Positions 1 to 9,648 of a stretch of DNA of 64,000 bases are shown in pieces. Under the pieces are notes generated by a model, which was not told where the DNA came from, did not search any database, and saw only the letters and a program-made list of their open reading frames with translations. Numbering within the stretch: position 1 is the stretch's first letter; every line of letters begins with the position of its first letter. The DNA comes from a virus, in IMG/VR virus record IMGVR_UViG_3300005841_000001, positions 37,658 to 101,657 of that record; one strand, written 5' to 3'. The position numbers were made by a program, and so were the translations under genes.

Positions 1-583
1 CGACCTGCCCGACGACGAGTTCGGGCGCGCGCTGGTGGCGAAGTACCGCGGCCGGCTGCCCTACTACGGTTCGCCCGACGTGCGGCAGATTCAGTTCGCG
101 AACGGCTTCGCCGAGCTCGCCGCGGTCGCGTTCGCGCGGGCCGAGTTCTACGGCGCGTTGCTGGCCTCCCAGTTCGCCGACGACGGCATGAGGGGCATCG
201 TCGGGTACGAGATGGCCGCGACGATGGCCACGCGCGATTCGGACCCGGAGATCTTCAAGAAGCTCGAGCGCGTCCGCGCGCTGGTGGAGCTCGAGGCGGC
301 GGAGCGGGACCGGGCCGCGGCGATGACGGAGAAGGGCATCCGGCTCGGCATGGAGGCCTCGAAGGTCGACGCGCTGCGCTCCTACGGGCAGACGGTGGCC
401 CAGTTCGCCCGGGCGATGGCGGAGGAGTTCGGGATCAACTGGAGCGACCCGGCGACCCGCCGCGGTGTGCAGCGGGCGCTACTGGCAGCGCGTCAACGAC
501 TGGGGTTCGAGCTGCGCACACCGGCCGAGGCCGGCCCGGCGCTGACGGCCGAAGAGAAGGTGCGCGTACGCGATGACGGCTGA
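1..583 (+). CDS. Putative terminase small subunit (5'-truncated by window edge)
   Basis: Frame is open from position 2. Helical C-terminal segment ERVRALVELEAAERDRAAAMTEKGIRLG resembles actinophage small terminases as recalled; lies upstream of terL. Confidence 0.45.
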   Translation, partial: DLPDDEFGRALVAKYRGRLPYYGSPDVRQIQFANGFAELAAVAFARAEFYGALLASQFADDGMRGIVGYEMAATMATRDSDPEIFKKLERVRALVELEAAERDRAAAMTEKGIRLGMEASKVDALRSYGQTVAQFARAMAEEFGINWSDPATRRGVQRALLAARQRLGFELRTPAEAGPALTAEEKVRVRDDG

Positions 584-601
584 CGACGGAAAGGCCTCGC
601 G

Positions 602-997
602 ATGAGCTGGAAGTCAGGACTGTCTCGGCTGCTCGGGCAGGACATCGGGGCGGCGCTCGGCGAGTACGTCCCGCCGAAGACCCCGCTGGCCGAGCAGCCT
701 GTGCCTGGCACTCGTGCGGCGCCCTCGGTGCTCGCCGCCGCACGCGAGACGTTGGAGGAGGGCCGCGCGTTCGCCCCGCACTGCGACGCCCGGATTCTGC
801 ACCAGCCCGGCGAGTGCTGGTCGTGCGACCTGTACCCGGACTGGCAGGCCTTGCGGAAGTTGTGGGGCATCGCGTTCACCGGGCGCCAGCCGGCCGGCGA
901 CCAGCTGCCCTGCCCGGCCGATCACAGCCGGCCGCCCGGCTCGCCGTCCGATCACCGGCGGTGGGGGCCGAACACGGCGCAGGGCGACCTCACATGA
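602..997 (+). CDS. Hypothetical protein with His/Cys cluster
   Basis: HCDARILHQPGECWSCD motif; ATGA overlap with next gene. Confidence 0.65.
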   Translation: MSWKSGLSRLLGQDIGAALGEYVPPKTPLAEQPVPGTRAAPSVLAAARETLEEGRAFAPHCDARILHQPGECWSCDLYPDWQALRKLWGIAFTGRQPAGDQLPCPADHSRPPGSPSDHRRWGPNTAQGDLT

Positions 998-1440
998 GCG
1001 CGAGCGACTTCCCGTACCTGCCGGCCGCGAGCCCGGCCAGTCTTCCGCCCGTCGAGGACGAGCTGCACCGGACAATCACCGCCGAGCTGCTCGAGGGCTG
1101 GAACAAGCTCATGGCCGACGTCGAGCGCGAGCTGCTCGGCGACCTCGACCAGTTCCGGCCGCGCGGGATCCTCGCCGCCCTCGAGGCGCCCGGGTCGCTC
1201 GAGGTGGCCGAGCCGGCACCGCCGTTCACGCTCACGCGGCAGTTCGACGAGGCGCTGGAGCGGCTCTACGCGCCGATCGACCGGCGGGCGTGGGAGACGC
1301 GACCGGAGCCATGCGACCCGCGATCGGTTGAGCCGCCGGCGCTGCCCGTGGTGCACGTTGAGCGCTGGCACCTGCCGATCCCCGGGTCGTACGACCTGCC
1401 GCCGTCGCGGTGGTCGCGGCCGCTGTGGGCGTGGCCGTGA
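994..1440 (+). CDS. Hypothetical protein
   Basis: ATG at 994 overlaps previous stop (ATGA); GC3-biased frame. Confidence 0.6.
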   Translation: MSASDFPYLPAASPASLPPVEDELHRTITAELLEGWNKLMADVERELLGDLDQFRPRGILAALEAPGSLEVAEPAPPFTLTRQFDEALERLYAPIDRRAWETRPEPCDPRSVEPPALPVVHVERWHLPIPGSYDLPPSRWSRPLWAWP

Positions 1441-1616
1441 CGCTCTTCGAGCCGGAGCACCCGTGCCGCGTGATGGAGACCCGGCCGTGCCCGACCGACT
1501 ACGCGGGCACGTGCGGCGACCGGCCTTGCGCCCGGTTCGAGTCCGACGACCCGACGCCGTGGGCCGTCGACGTCGCGGCGTGGCGCGCCGAGTACGCCCG
1601 CGAACGGGCCGGCTGA
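1437..1616 (+). CDS. Small Cys-rich hypothetical protein
   Basis: GTGA overlap; four Cys; followed by terminator. Confidence 0.55.
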   Translation: MTLFEPEHPCRVMETRPCPTDYAGTCGDRPCARFESDDPTPWAVDVAAWRAEYARERAG

Positions 1617-1631
1617 CGTGACCACCAGCGC

Positions 1632-1673
1632 ACACGAAAGCCCCGCCCGGTGCGCCTGGGCGGGGCTTCGTGT
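1632..1673. terminator. Bidirectional intrinsic terminator between convergent genes
   Basis: ACACGAAAGCCCCGCCCGG-loop-CCTGGGCGGGGCTTCGTGT hairpin. Confidence 0.75.
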
Positions 1674-1683
1674 CTGGCCGGTC

Positions 1684-1989
1684 CTACTTGGTCATGACGC
1701 GGATCTTGCGCTTCGCGGGGTGAATGATCTTGCGCACGCCGTCGTTGTCGTAGCCGTGCAGCGAGCCGTCGGCCTGCGGCACGAAGCGGGTGCGGCAGAA
1801 CAGTCGCACGCCGTCGCGCATGCGGCCCGCGGACTCCCACAGGACGAGGATCTCGCCGACGGTGCCGGTGGCGGCCAGCTCGGCGGCGGTGAAGACGTCG
1901 TTGCGGGCGGTGTTGCTGCGCAGGGTGTGGCGGCCGGTGAAGGTGTCGGCGGCGATGAACGGGGCGGCGGGGGCGGTGGTCGTGGTCAT
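1684..1989 (-). CDS. Hypothetical protein (leaderless)
   Basis: ATG 6 nt after TAGTCT -10 box. Confidence 0.75.
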   Translation of the reverse strand: MTTTTAPAAPFIAADTFTGRHTLRSNTARNDVFTAAELAATGTVGEILVLWESAGRMRDGVRLFCRTRFVPQADGSLHGYDNDGVRKIIHPAKRKIRVMTK

Positions 1990-1995
1990 AAGAAG

Positions 1996-2024
1996 AGACT
2001 AGCCGAGCGAACTCGGCTAGTCAA
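1996..2024 (-). promoter_or_regulatory. Operator-promoter repeat
   Basis: TTGACT-AGCCGAGTTCGCTCGGC-TAGTCT. Confidence 0.85.
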
Positions 2025-2031
2025 GCCTCGG

Positions 2032-2703
2032 TCAGGCGCCGGCCTCGCGCGCCTGCGCCGCCTTGATCCGGTAGTCCAGTCGCTCGAGCCGGTTCGACAG
2101 CGCGGTGTAGCGCTCAAGGTCGCGGTCGAGCTGCTCGAAGCGTCGGCGGCCGGCGTTGCGCGCCGCGCGCGACCGCGCGTTCGGCGACAGGTTCACGATC
2201 GCCGGGTCGTCAGAGCCGGCGCCGGTGATCTTGTCCATCCGGGCCTGAACCTTGTCGCGTTCCTCGATCAGCGAGGCCGCCGAGCGGTACGTCTGGGGGC
2301 GGCGCTCACGCTTCGGGGTGGGCTTCTCCTCGGGCACGATCACGAAGTCCTCGTCGCCGGCCCGGATGAACCATTCCAGCAGCGGCGGCAGAGTGCGGTC
2401 GCCGCCGTTGCGGTGGATCCAGGCGGCCTGCCGGGCGAGCAGAACCGCGATGTAGGCGTCGCCGTCGATCGGCTCGGTCAGCGGGGCCGGCTCGGGCACC
2501 TCGACCGGCTCGATCTTCTCGGCGCCGTCCTCGACGAAGTCGCTCATGATCGAGGTGCGCACGACCAGGATCTTGCCCGGCTTGTCCCAGCCGCCGGCGC
2601 CCTCGATCACCTCGACCTCGTAGAAGCCCGCGTTGATCATCTTGATCACGTTGACGGTGGCGCGGAGGGTGGGGCCGCAAGTGACGGTGGCGGTGCCGAT
2701 CAT
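2032..2703 (-). CDS. Hypothetical protein, C-terminal coiled coil
   Basis: AAGGAG RBS and repeat promoter upstream. Confidence 0.75.
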   Translation of the reverse strand: MIGTATVTCGPTLRATVNVIKMINAGFYEVEVIEGAGGWDKPGKILVVRTSIMSDFVEDGAEKIEPVEVPEPAPLTEPIDGDAYIAVLLARQAAWIHRNGGDRTLPPLLEWFIRAGDEDFVIVPEEKPTPKRERRPQTYRSAASLIEERDKVQARMDKITGAGSDDPAIVNLSPNARSRAARNAGRRRFEQLDRDLERYTALSNRLERLDYRIKAAQAREAGA

Positions 2704-2733
2704 GGTGTGCTCCTTGTTCTCGGTGATGACACA

Positions 2734-2762
2734 AGACTAGCCGAGTTTGCTCGGCTAGTCAA
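2734..2762 (-). promoter_or_regulatory. Operator-promoter repeat
   Basis: TTGACT-AGCCGAGCAAACTCGGC-TAGTCT. Confidence 0.85.
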
Positions 2763-2769
2763 GCATCTT

Positions 2770-3018
2770 TCACCAGATCCGGTGCATCCGTCCCCGGGCC
2801 AGGCTCGCGGCCGTCGGCCCGTGCTTCCCGCAGTACGCACGCCCCGACCGGCCGCCCCAGAACGACCAGCCGAGCGGCTGCCCGATCGCGCGGATCAGGT
2901 CGCGCGGGTTGCGCACATCGTTCGGGTAGGTGGCCAGCGCGGCGGGCCGGATCTCGGCGCCGCACTCGCGCGCGCTGCACCGCGCGCCCATGACGACGAA
3001 GTTTTCGATCAAGCTCAT
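2770..3018 (-). CDS. Small Cys/His hypothetical protein
   Basis: CSAREC...CGKH; operonic with upstream gene. Confidence 0.65.
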   Translation of the reverse strand: MSLIENFVVMGARCSARECGAEIRPAALATYPNDVRNPRDLIRAIGQPLGWSFWGGRSGRAYCGKHGPTAASLARGRMHRIW

Positions 3019-3021
3019 GAA

Positions 3022-3624
3022 TCAGGCTCCTCCGGCCGCCGCGCGGGCGTCCTGCTGGTCGGCGAACTCGATGCGCAAGCGCTTCAAGAGGGCCGGGTTG
3101 GTGGCACTCAGGTGCGCCGTGAAGGTGTCGAGCAGCCGCGCGAAGGTGCGCGCGTACCGCATCGTGAACTCGTCGAGGTCGAGCACCTCGTTCTGCCCGG
3201 GGTCGAGCACCAGGGCGGAGGCCTGCCGGCCGAGCGCCTCGACGACGTCGGTGGCGTTCGGGAATCGGCGCGGCAGACCGAACTCGCGGAGCTTCGTGTA
3301 GGTGGCCGAGTCGAGGTCGTTGACCTCCGCCGGGTACAGCTCGGCGGTGCCGTCGTCGGTCAGCGCGACGTGCTTGTAGGCGAAGTGGATACCGACCGAG
3401 CGGTGCGACATGCCGGTCTTGATCAAGCCCTCGTTGAGCAGCTCGGCGAGGTAGGTCGCGCGCGGCTGGGGCACCGCCACGGCCTGTTCGCCGACCTTCT
3501 CGAAGAACTCGTAAGGGTCGGCGCCCGTGCCGACCTTGAGGATCACGTCGGTGACGTCGACGCTGCGCAGCGCGAACTCGCGGCCGGCGGCGACCTGGCT
3601 GGGGGTGAGCGGCTTCGTGGTCAT
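3022..3624 (-). CDS. Hypothetical protein (leaderless)
   Basis: ATG 6 nt after TAGACT. Confidence 0.75.
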   Translation of the reverse strand: MTTKPLTPSQVAAGREFALRSVDVTDVILKVGTGADPYEFFEKVGEQAVAVPQPRATYLAELLNEGLIKTGMSHRSVGIHFAYKHVALTDDGTAELYPAEVNDLDSATYTKLREFGLPRRFPNATDVVEALGRQASALVLDPGQNEVLDLDEFTMRYARTFARLLDTFTAHLSATNPALLKRLRIEFADQQDARAAAGGA

Positions 3625-3630
3625 ACTGCG

Positions 3631-3659
3631 AGTCTAGCCGAGCTTGCTCGGAGAGTCAA
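3631..3659 (-). promoter_or_regulatory. Operator-promoter repeat
   Basis: TTGACT-CTCCGAGCAAGCTCGGC-TAGACT. Confidence 0.85.
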
Positions 3660-4026
3660 GGGTGAAGACGTACACCCGCCGGTCTTCGGGCAAGGCTTCT
3701 TCGCACGCGACCATGGCGCGGAACTTCGCCACGGTGATCGGGCGCGAGGTGGTCTTCTGCGGGGTGTCGCTCGGCGCGTCCTCGACGCTCATGACGTTCA
3801 GGCTGTCGCCCGGCTTGCCCGACACCATGCAGGTTTCCGCCTCGACGTGGTTGATCCGGCCGTTCATCTCCCAGTACACCAGGCCGCCCTCGGTGAACAC
3901 GGGGTAGACGCCGGGCTCGACCAGCACCGTTTCGGCCGCGCCGAGCGTCGAGCCGGGCATCGGGAACACGCGGTTGCGCAGTACTTCGACGGTGCCAACC
4001 TGGACGCGGGTTTCGGTCTTGGGCAT
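3634..4026 (-). CDS. Hypothetical protein
   Basis: AAGGAG RBS; packed operon. Confidence 0.7.
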   Translation of the reverse strand: MPKTETRVQVGTVEVLRNRVFPMPGSTLGAAETVLVEPGVYPVFTEGGLVYWEMNGRINHVEAETCMVSGKPGDSLNVMSVEDAPSDTPQKTTSRPITVAKFRAMVACEEALPEDRRVYVFTLDSPSKLG

Positions 4027-4029
4027 CGG

Positions 4030-4566
4030 TTACTCCTTGGTAGGTTGACGCTGCCAGAGCGGCCGGCGAGCTTGCTCGTCTCGCCACGCGGCGAGTTCTT
4101 CATGGCCTTTGACGGTCGGGACGATGTACATCTCTTCGGTCACCACGAACCCGTTGCGCTGCAACCAGTTCGCGGCGTTCTGCGCAACCTCGCTGAACCG
4201 CGCGGTACCGTCGTCGCCGGAAATCCAGACGTCCTGTCCGGGGCCGGTTCCGGGGAACCACATCAGGATCTCCTGCTCGGCACACAGCAGCGTCTCGAGC
4301 AGCGGCGGCGTCAAGCGGGTGTCGATCACCAGCCCCGAGGCGACCGCGCATCGGAACGCGATTTTCGTTTGCCGCGCGCGAGGACCATGCTCGACGCTCA
4401 CGTAGTACTCGCCAGTGCGAAGGTCGCCGACGCACGGCCCGAGCAACGGCAGGCCGCCGTCTTCGGGCCGGTGGTGACAGAAGTGCGGTACGTGCGCCTT
4501 GTGGAAGCCGTAGTCCGCGCGCTCGGCGGGCGGCCCCCACGTGATGCCGCGCGGCAAGGTGCGCAT
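4030..4566 (-). CDS. Hypothetical protein
   Basis: Packed operon with 3-nt gaps. Confidence 0.65.
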   Translation of the reverse strand: MRTLPRGITWGPPAERADYGFHKAHVPHFCHHRPEDGGLPLLGPCVGDLRTGEYYVSVEHGPRARQTKIAFRCAVASGLVIDTRLTPPLLETLLCAEQEILMWFPGTGPGQDVWISGDDGTARFSEVAQNAANWLQRNGFVVTEEMYIVPTVKGHEELAAWRDEQARRPLWQRQPTKE

Positions 4567-4569
4567 CGG

Positions 4570-4794
4570 CTACAGCTTCGCGATCTCGACGCTGCGGAAC
4601 GAGCCGGCGACGGCGAAGTAGGTGACGTTCGAGTTGACCCGGTCGGTGGGGTCGAACTCGAGGCTCCCGCCTTCCCGGACCGCCCTTTCGGCGCGTGCGC
4701 GGGCGTAGTTGTGCAGATCGCCCCGGATCTTGATCTTGTCCTTCTGTCCGTTGTGGAATGTGACCGTGACCTCGATGATGTTGGTAGGAGTCAT
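4570..4794 (-). CDS. Hypothetical protein (leaderless)
   Basis: ATG 6 nt after TAGTCT. Confidence 0.7.
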   Translation of the reverse strand: MTPTNIIEVTVTFHNGQKDKIKIRGDLHNYARARAERAVREGGSLEFDPTDRVNSNVTYFAVAGSFRSVEIAKL

Positions 4795-4800
4795 TCCACA

Positions 4801-4829
4801 AGACTAGCCGACTTAACTCGGGGAGGCAA
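4801..4829 (-). promoter_or_regulatory. Operator-promoter repeat overlapping terL RBS
   Basis: TTGCCT-CCCCGAGTTAAGTCGGC-TAGTCT; plus strand holds GGGAGG before terL ATG. Confidence 0.75.
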
Positions 4830-4835
4830 GCTCCG

Positions 4836-6311
4836 ATGACGGACTCGCTCACCCGAGACATCGAACGCTGGTGGGGCGCCGAATCCGGCACCGACCTCAC
4901 CCGCGTCGACTTCGACGCCATCGGCTACGAAGTCGCCGGCATCCGGGTCTCGAATGCCGTCGCCGACCTCGACCCCCAGCTCTACGAAGCTCTCGCACTG
5001 CTCGAGCCGCCGGCCCCCCACCCCTGGCGGCGGACCGCGCTCCCGCACCAGGTCGAGGCCGCCGAGGCGACCGAGCCCTACGTCCTGATGTGCGCCGGCC
5101 GCGGCGCCGGCAAGACCTACACCGCGTCGCACACCCTCACCGAATGGATCGAGGAAGAGCCCGGCGACTACGCGATCATCGCGCCCACGTTCGGTGACGC
5201 CGTCAAGATCTGTGCCGAGGGCCCATCCGGGTTTCTCAAGGCCGCCGGCGACCGCGTCGAATCGTTCAACAAGAACGAGTTCATCGTCTACATGACGAAC
5301 GGTTCACGTGTCGTGCTCGCCTCCGCCGACGCCCCTGACCGCGTCCGCGGCTGGAACCTCACCGGCTTCTGGGCCGACGAACTCGCGTCCTGGAAAAAGG
5401 CTGAGATCTGGGACGAGGGCCTCGAGTTTGCGACCCGCATCGGGCGCACCCGCCGCATCATCACCACGACCCCGAAGCGCGGCTCGAAAGTCCTCAAAGA
5501 CCTGCTCAAGCGCGTCGATGCTGAAGACCCTGACGTCAAGCTGGTCCGCGCGTCCACCTCCGCCAACGCCGCCAACCTGTCCGAGACGTTCCTGCGCACG
5601 ATCCAGCAGCGCTACGCCGGCACCACCCTCGGCCGGCAGGAGCTCGACGGCATCCTGCTCGGCGACGTCGAGGGCGCCCTGGTCACCGGCGCCCAGATCG
5701 AGCGGGCTCGCGTCCGGCCCGCCGAGGTTCCGGAGCTGTGGCGGCTGGTCGTCGGCGTAGACCCCGCGGTCACGAACACCTCCGAGAGCGACGAGACCGG
5801 CATCATCGTCGCCGGCATCGGGCCGGCACCCGAGGGCTGGGAACCGCCCGTCGGCCAGCTCGTGCTCGCCGGCGCGCCGCACATCTACCTGCTCGAGGAC
5901 GTGTCCGGCCGGCGGTCGGTCAACGCGTGGGCTAAGCAAGCGCTCATCACCGCTGACGAGTGGGCCGCGGACGCGATCGTCGCGGAAAAGAACCAGGGCT
6001 ACGACCTGGTCGAATCGAACATCCGGCTCAACGCGCTGGTCGACCGGCTCGCCGTGCCGCACGTGCAGCTCGTGCACGCGGCCAAGGGCAAGTTCACCCG
6101 GGCCGAGCCGGTCGGCGCGCTGTTCGAGCAGGGCCGGTTGCACGTCGTCAACACGATGCCCAAGCTCGAGGACCAGTGGACGGAGTGGATCCCGGGCGAC
6201 GGCACCGTGTCCCCCGACCGGCTCGACGCCTCGGTGTGGGCGGTCGTCGGTTTGATGCCGGAGCTCGGGATTGGTGGCTCGGGTGCGGTCAAGATCCTGT
6301 CGGCCGGCTGA
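4836..6311 (+). CDS. terL: Terminase large subunit
   Basis: Q-motif PHQ, Walker A GRGAGKT, Walker B WADE, coupling motif TTTP, RNase H-like GVDPA..DETGI, C-terminal SPDRLDA. Confidence 0.95.
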   Translation: MTDSLTRDIERWWGAESGTDLTRVDFDAIGYEVAGIRVSNAVADLDPQLYEALALLEPPAPHPWRRTALPHQVEAAEATEPYVLMCAGRGAGKTYTASHTLTEWIEEEPGDYAIIAPTFGDAVKICAEGPSGFLKAAGDRVESFNKNEFIVYMTNGSRVVLASADAPDRVRGWNLTGFWADELASWKKAEIWDEGLEFATRIGRTRRIITTTPKRGSKVLKDLLKRVDAEDPDVKLVRASTSANAANLSETFLRTIQQRYAGTTLGRQELDGILLGDVEGALVTGAQIERARVRPAEVPELWRLVVGVDPAVTNTSESDETGIIVAGIGPAPEGWEPPVGQLVLAGAPHIYLLEDVSGRRSVNAWAKQALITADEWAADAIVAEKNQGYDLVESNIRLNALVDRLAVPHVQLVHAAKGKFTRAEPVGALFEQGRLHVVNTMPKLEDQWTEWIPGDGTVSPDRLDASVWAVVGLMPELGIGGSGAVKILSAG

Positions 6312-6430
6312 CCACCCGGGGCGCGGCGCACGACCGCCGTTGCAGCCGCCCCGGGTGGCCGTCTCCGGTCGCCCAGCACCTCGACGGTAGGCCGTCCACG
6401 GTCGTCCACGCCAGGTGGTTTGGACAGCGA

Positions 6431-6664
6431 TCAGCCGTCGAGCGCCTCTTTCCGCTGCGGATCGAACAGCTTGTACAGCCGGTACGGCCGGCCGCCGTTG
6501 AGCTGCGGGCTCGTCTCCCATGTCGGGCCACCGATCGTCTTACCCAGGGCTCGCGCGCAGTTGGCGGCATGTTGGCTCGCCTTGCTGCTGTCGCCGCCGA
6601 ACACGGCGACGTGGGTCGCCTCGCCGGGCTGCCCGTACATGTAGGTTGCGCTCGTGGTGGCCAT
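6431..6664 (-). CDS. Hypothetical protein
   Basis: ATG 6664 lies 6 nt after CACAAT -10-like box; start uncertain (ORF open to 6739). Confidence 0.5.
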   Translation of the reverse strand: MATTSATYMYGQPGEATHVAVFGGDSSKASQHAANCARALGKTIGGPTWETSPQLNGGRPYRLYKLFDPQRKEALDG

Positions 6665-7276
6665 CACGTGATTGTGCACGGATTGTCGCGGATCTGTCCG
6701 GAAGTGTTCGACTTTGTCCAGGCTGCTTGCGCACAACACAACCCTCCGGGTTAGCTGGAGGCACCTCCTTCTCGGAGTTGCTTCCTAGTTTGACGGCTGG
6801 AGCTGCACGACCCCTGTCCCCCGGGACGTTGAGCCATCGCGTTAGCGCGCGGGAACATCCCGGCAGGGCAGGGCTTTTGGTGACTGGTTTGGTTCACTCG
6901 CGGTACCTGTCCGACCGCCCGGCTCTGCACCCCGCGTGGGCGCGCGGAGAGCCCGGCCCACAGATAGGAGAACAGCCCCCGCGTCCGCGTGCACAGCGGA
7001 CCAACGGGGGCCGTTCTGTCGTCTGGGTCCTACCCCCCGGGACTGGCCACGACCAGTAGACGTATCCCCGGTTTCTGCCGCTTGCGCAGAGCGACCGTGC
7101 AACCGGTCCGCGGGCGTTGCTGCGCTCGCCGGCGGTCCGGCGCGGGCCCGCTGCCTTCTCCCCGCCTCAACGGGGCGGTATGCGGGTCCGCGTCGACCAT
7201 TGTACGTTCACGGCGGGCCGTATCCGGAGACGCGCACCGCCGTGCCGGGCACTCGAAGTCCCGGAGACGGGAGATC

Positions 7277-7627
7277 TTAGCCGTCGACGATCTCGCCCAG
7301 TTCCTTCTCGGCTCGCTGGACCAGCGGCAGCATCTCCGTGCACGCTGCGCGGTAGCCGGGCGCTTCGTCACTGTCGTCGCAGCCGTCGATGCCGTTCTCG
7401 GTGTAGTACACCAGCGACGACAGCGCGTCCCAGCCGAGCGCGGTCCGCGGGAACCGCAGCACGATCGAGCCGTCGGGTTTGCGCTCGGCCGCCTTGTAGA
7501 TCCGGCCCAGCTCGACCTCGTCGGGGTACCCTTTGTCCGGCTCGGTGGCCGGCTCCTCCTTGGCGAAGTAGGCGTCCCATCCGGCGGACAGGGTGACCTC
7601 GTAGGTGGGGTCTTCAGTAGTGGTCAT
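7277..7627 (-). CDS. Hypothetical acidic protein
   Basis: AAAGGA RBS; GC3 bias. Confidence 0.7.
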   Translation of the reverse strand: MTTTEDPTYEVTLSAGWDAYFAKEEPATEPDKGYPDEVELGRIYKAAERKPDGSIVLRFPRTALGWDALSSLVYYTENGIDGCDDSDEAPGYRAACTEMLPLVQRAEKELGEIVDG

Positions 7628-7640
7628 AGGACTGTCCTTT

Positions 7641-7805
7641 CTAGACGGTCGGGTCGAGCCGCCACGAGGCTGCGCCGGTGACGACGGCGCCGAGGCCGAC
7701 GAATACGGCGGTGGTGTGGCTTCCGTCGAACGCGATGAGGGCGAGCTCGATCACCACGCCCACGAGGGTGAGCAGGGCGCAGAACCGGCGGACGTGGCGA
7801 CGCAT
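7641..7805 (-). CDS. Small two-TM membrane protein (not in ORF track)
   Basis: MRRHVRRFCALLTLVGVVIELALIAF...; AAGGAG RBS; fills operon gap. Confidence 0.6.
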   Translation of the reverse strand: MRRHVRRFCALLTLVGVVIELALIAFDGSHTTAVFVGLGAVVTGAASWRLDPTV

Positions 7806-7807
7806 GG

Positions 7808-8374
7808 CTACTCCTTGAAAGGATTGGCTTCCAGGTTGTTCGTTTTCAGATGAGCTTCACGGGCGGTGTAGTACGCCGACAGCGGTGCCGCGGTGGCGTG
7901 CTCGACGGGTTCGCTCACGCTGCTGATGACGTCGGCCGCGGACGCGAGCCACACGCCGTGGTCACCGAGGTCGTGAACGATGAGCCGACACAGCCGGTTG
8001 CCGGCCAGCATGTAGATCGGCACCTCGTACTCGGTGAACACCTGGTCCAGCGACGGGCAGGTGTTCAGCTGCTTCAGCGCCTCGCGCCACGGGTTGCCCA
8101 CGTTGCCACGTGCCGGTCGGAGCTCGCCCGGACGATGCTGCGTGCGGCTCAGGCCTTCTGGCGGGGGTTCGCGGCGTTTGCCGTCGACGAAGCCGGTGAT
8201 CTTTGGGTCGAACGACGTCGCGTCCGCGCTGACCCCGTAGGCGTGCTGGTGCGGATACTTCTTGTTCCAGTTGCCCAGCACCACCTTCCACCACTCCTCG
8301 CGCTGTGCGAGTCGTTCGCGGATGGCGGCGGCGAGCTCAGGGCTGGTGCGCCATGCGAAGTTGATCTCGCTCAT
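7808..8374 (-). CDS. Hypothetical protein
   Basis: Start MSEINFAW with GGAGG RBS and ATGA overlap. Confidence 0.7.
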   Translation of the reverse strand: MSEINFAWRTSPELAAAIRERLAQREEWWKVVLGNWNKKYPHQHAYGVSADATSFDPKITGFVDGKRREPPPEGLSRTQHRPGELRPARGNVGNPWREALKQLNTCPSLDQVFTEYEVPIYMLAGNRLCRLIVHDLGDHGVWLASAADVISSVSEPVEHATAAPLSAYYTAREAHLKTNNLEANPFKE

Positions 8375-8685
8375 CCGCGCCGCACCTCCATGAAGTTGAG
8401 CGCCGCTGCGATCGCCGAGGCCGCGATCTTCTTGACCTCGTAGTCGACGTCTTCGTCCTGGTCGTAGTAGAGCACTGCGATTCGGGCGAAGAAGTCGCCG
8501 AAGTCGGACTCCACCAAGATCTCGCGGCGCACGTAAGGGATCGGGGTCGGCTCGACGCCGCCGGCGTACAGGGTCACCGTGGGCAGCATGCCCTCTTCGC
8601 GGGTGAACTGGTCGTGGCGCAGCTTCACAGTGCGGCCGTTCAGCTCGCCGCCGATGACGCGGTACTCCTTGACGTCGGCGGTCAT
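8371..8685 (-). CDS. Hypothetical protein
   Basis: ATGA overlaps both sides. Confidence 0.7.
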   Translation of the reverse strand: MTADVKEYRVIGGELNGRTVKLRHDQFTREEGMLPTVTLYAGGVEPTPIPYVRREILVESDFGDFFARIAVLYYDQDEDVDYEVKKIAASAIAAALNFMEVRRG

Positions 8686-9107
8686 TCCTTGCCCTCACGC
8701 TTCATGATCTCGCCGGTCACGCGCCGGGAAGCCAGGCGCAGTAACGCATCGAGCATGTACAGGCTGCGGTCGGACATATGTGGCTGCGGACCCTCGTCGC
8801 CGTGGTCCACATGGGACATGTTGCCGCCTTCGAAGAACACGAGCTGCGGTTCGGCCGTGGGGGTGAAGGTGTACGACCGCGGGTCCGGCCTGTCGGCGCT
8901 GAACTCGAGGCCGCTCGGACGGACTTTGCGCGGGTCGTTCGAGAGGGCGATCGGCCAGGTGGCCAGGGTGATCGGGTCGGCCGGCCCGCTGATGATCGTG
9001 CCGTCGCTGACGGTCACCCGGTGCCACTCCTTGATGTTCACGAATTTGACGACCAGCACGCCCCCGTTCGGGCTGACCCGGATCTCTTCGACTTCGTGGC
9101 ACGTCAT
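8682..9107 (-). CDS. Hypothetical protein
   Basis: ATGA overlaps. Confidence 0.7.
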   Translation of the reverse strand: MTCHEVEEIRVSPNGGVLVVKFVNIKEWHRVTVSDGTIISGPADPITLATWPIALSNDPRKVRPSGLEFSADRPDPRSYTFTPTAEPQLVFFEGGNMSHVDHGDEGPQPHMSDRSLYMLDALLRLASRRVTGEIMKREGKE

Positions 9108-9613
9108 GCCGGCACCTCACCATCGACGGTGACCAAGTGGACGATCTCGTGGGGGTCGAGGGGTCGCGTCACCGCGGTGCTGTCCGCGTGGCGATTCGCG
9201 CGGTGGACGTACTTGCCGTCCTCGAGGTGGTCGATGTCGTCCACGCGCATGATCAGCCGGCTGCCCGCCCCTTCGCGCGGGCACGGCTCGAACGCCTGGT
9301 GTTCGTTGCTCCAACGCACCCAGTACCGGGCGCCGGCGAAGACGGCGTTGACGGTTTCCTGGCCGAGGCGCGCGCGCTCGGCCCGGGCGGTAATGCTGTC
9401 CTGGTCGTCGAAGCGGACGACGGCGCGGCCGCCGAGCCGGCGCACCTCCCTGATCGCCTCGCGGGCGATCAGGTCGAGGTTCGGGCTGGCGGTGCGGCGT
9501 GGGCCGTGGCCGCGGTCCGGGCGATAGAGGTCCCAGCACGATCCGCCAGGCAGGCGCTGCACGAGGATCTCGGGCAGCACTGCGGGCGCGGTGGTGGGTT
9601 CGGTCGTGGTCAT
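9104..9613 (-). CDS. Hypothetical protein (leaderless)
   Basis: ATG 6 nt after TAGTCT. Confidence 0.7.
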   Translation of the reverse strand: MTTTEPTTAPAVLPEILVQRLPGGSCWDLYRPDRGHGPRRTASPNLDLIAREAIREVRRLGGRAVVRFDDQDSITARAERARLGQETVNAVFAGARYWVRWSNEHQAFEPCPREGAGSRLIMRVDDIDHLEDGKYVHRANRHADSTAVTRPLDPHEIVHLVTVDGEVPA

Positions 9614-9619
9614 GCGTCA

Positions 9620-9648
9620 AGACTAGCCGAGATCACCCGGCTACACAA
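9620..9648 (-). promoter_or_regulatory. Operator-promoter repeat
   Basis: TTGTGT-AGCCGGGTGATCTCGGC-TAGTCT. Confidence 0.75.

Noticed and set aside
1618-4839. 1073-aa plus-strand ORF
   Set aside because: Antisense shadow of six minus-strand genes that have promoters and RBSs; stop-poor mirror frames are typical of high-GC DNA.
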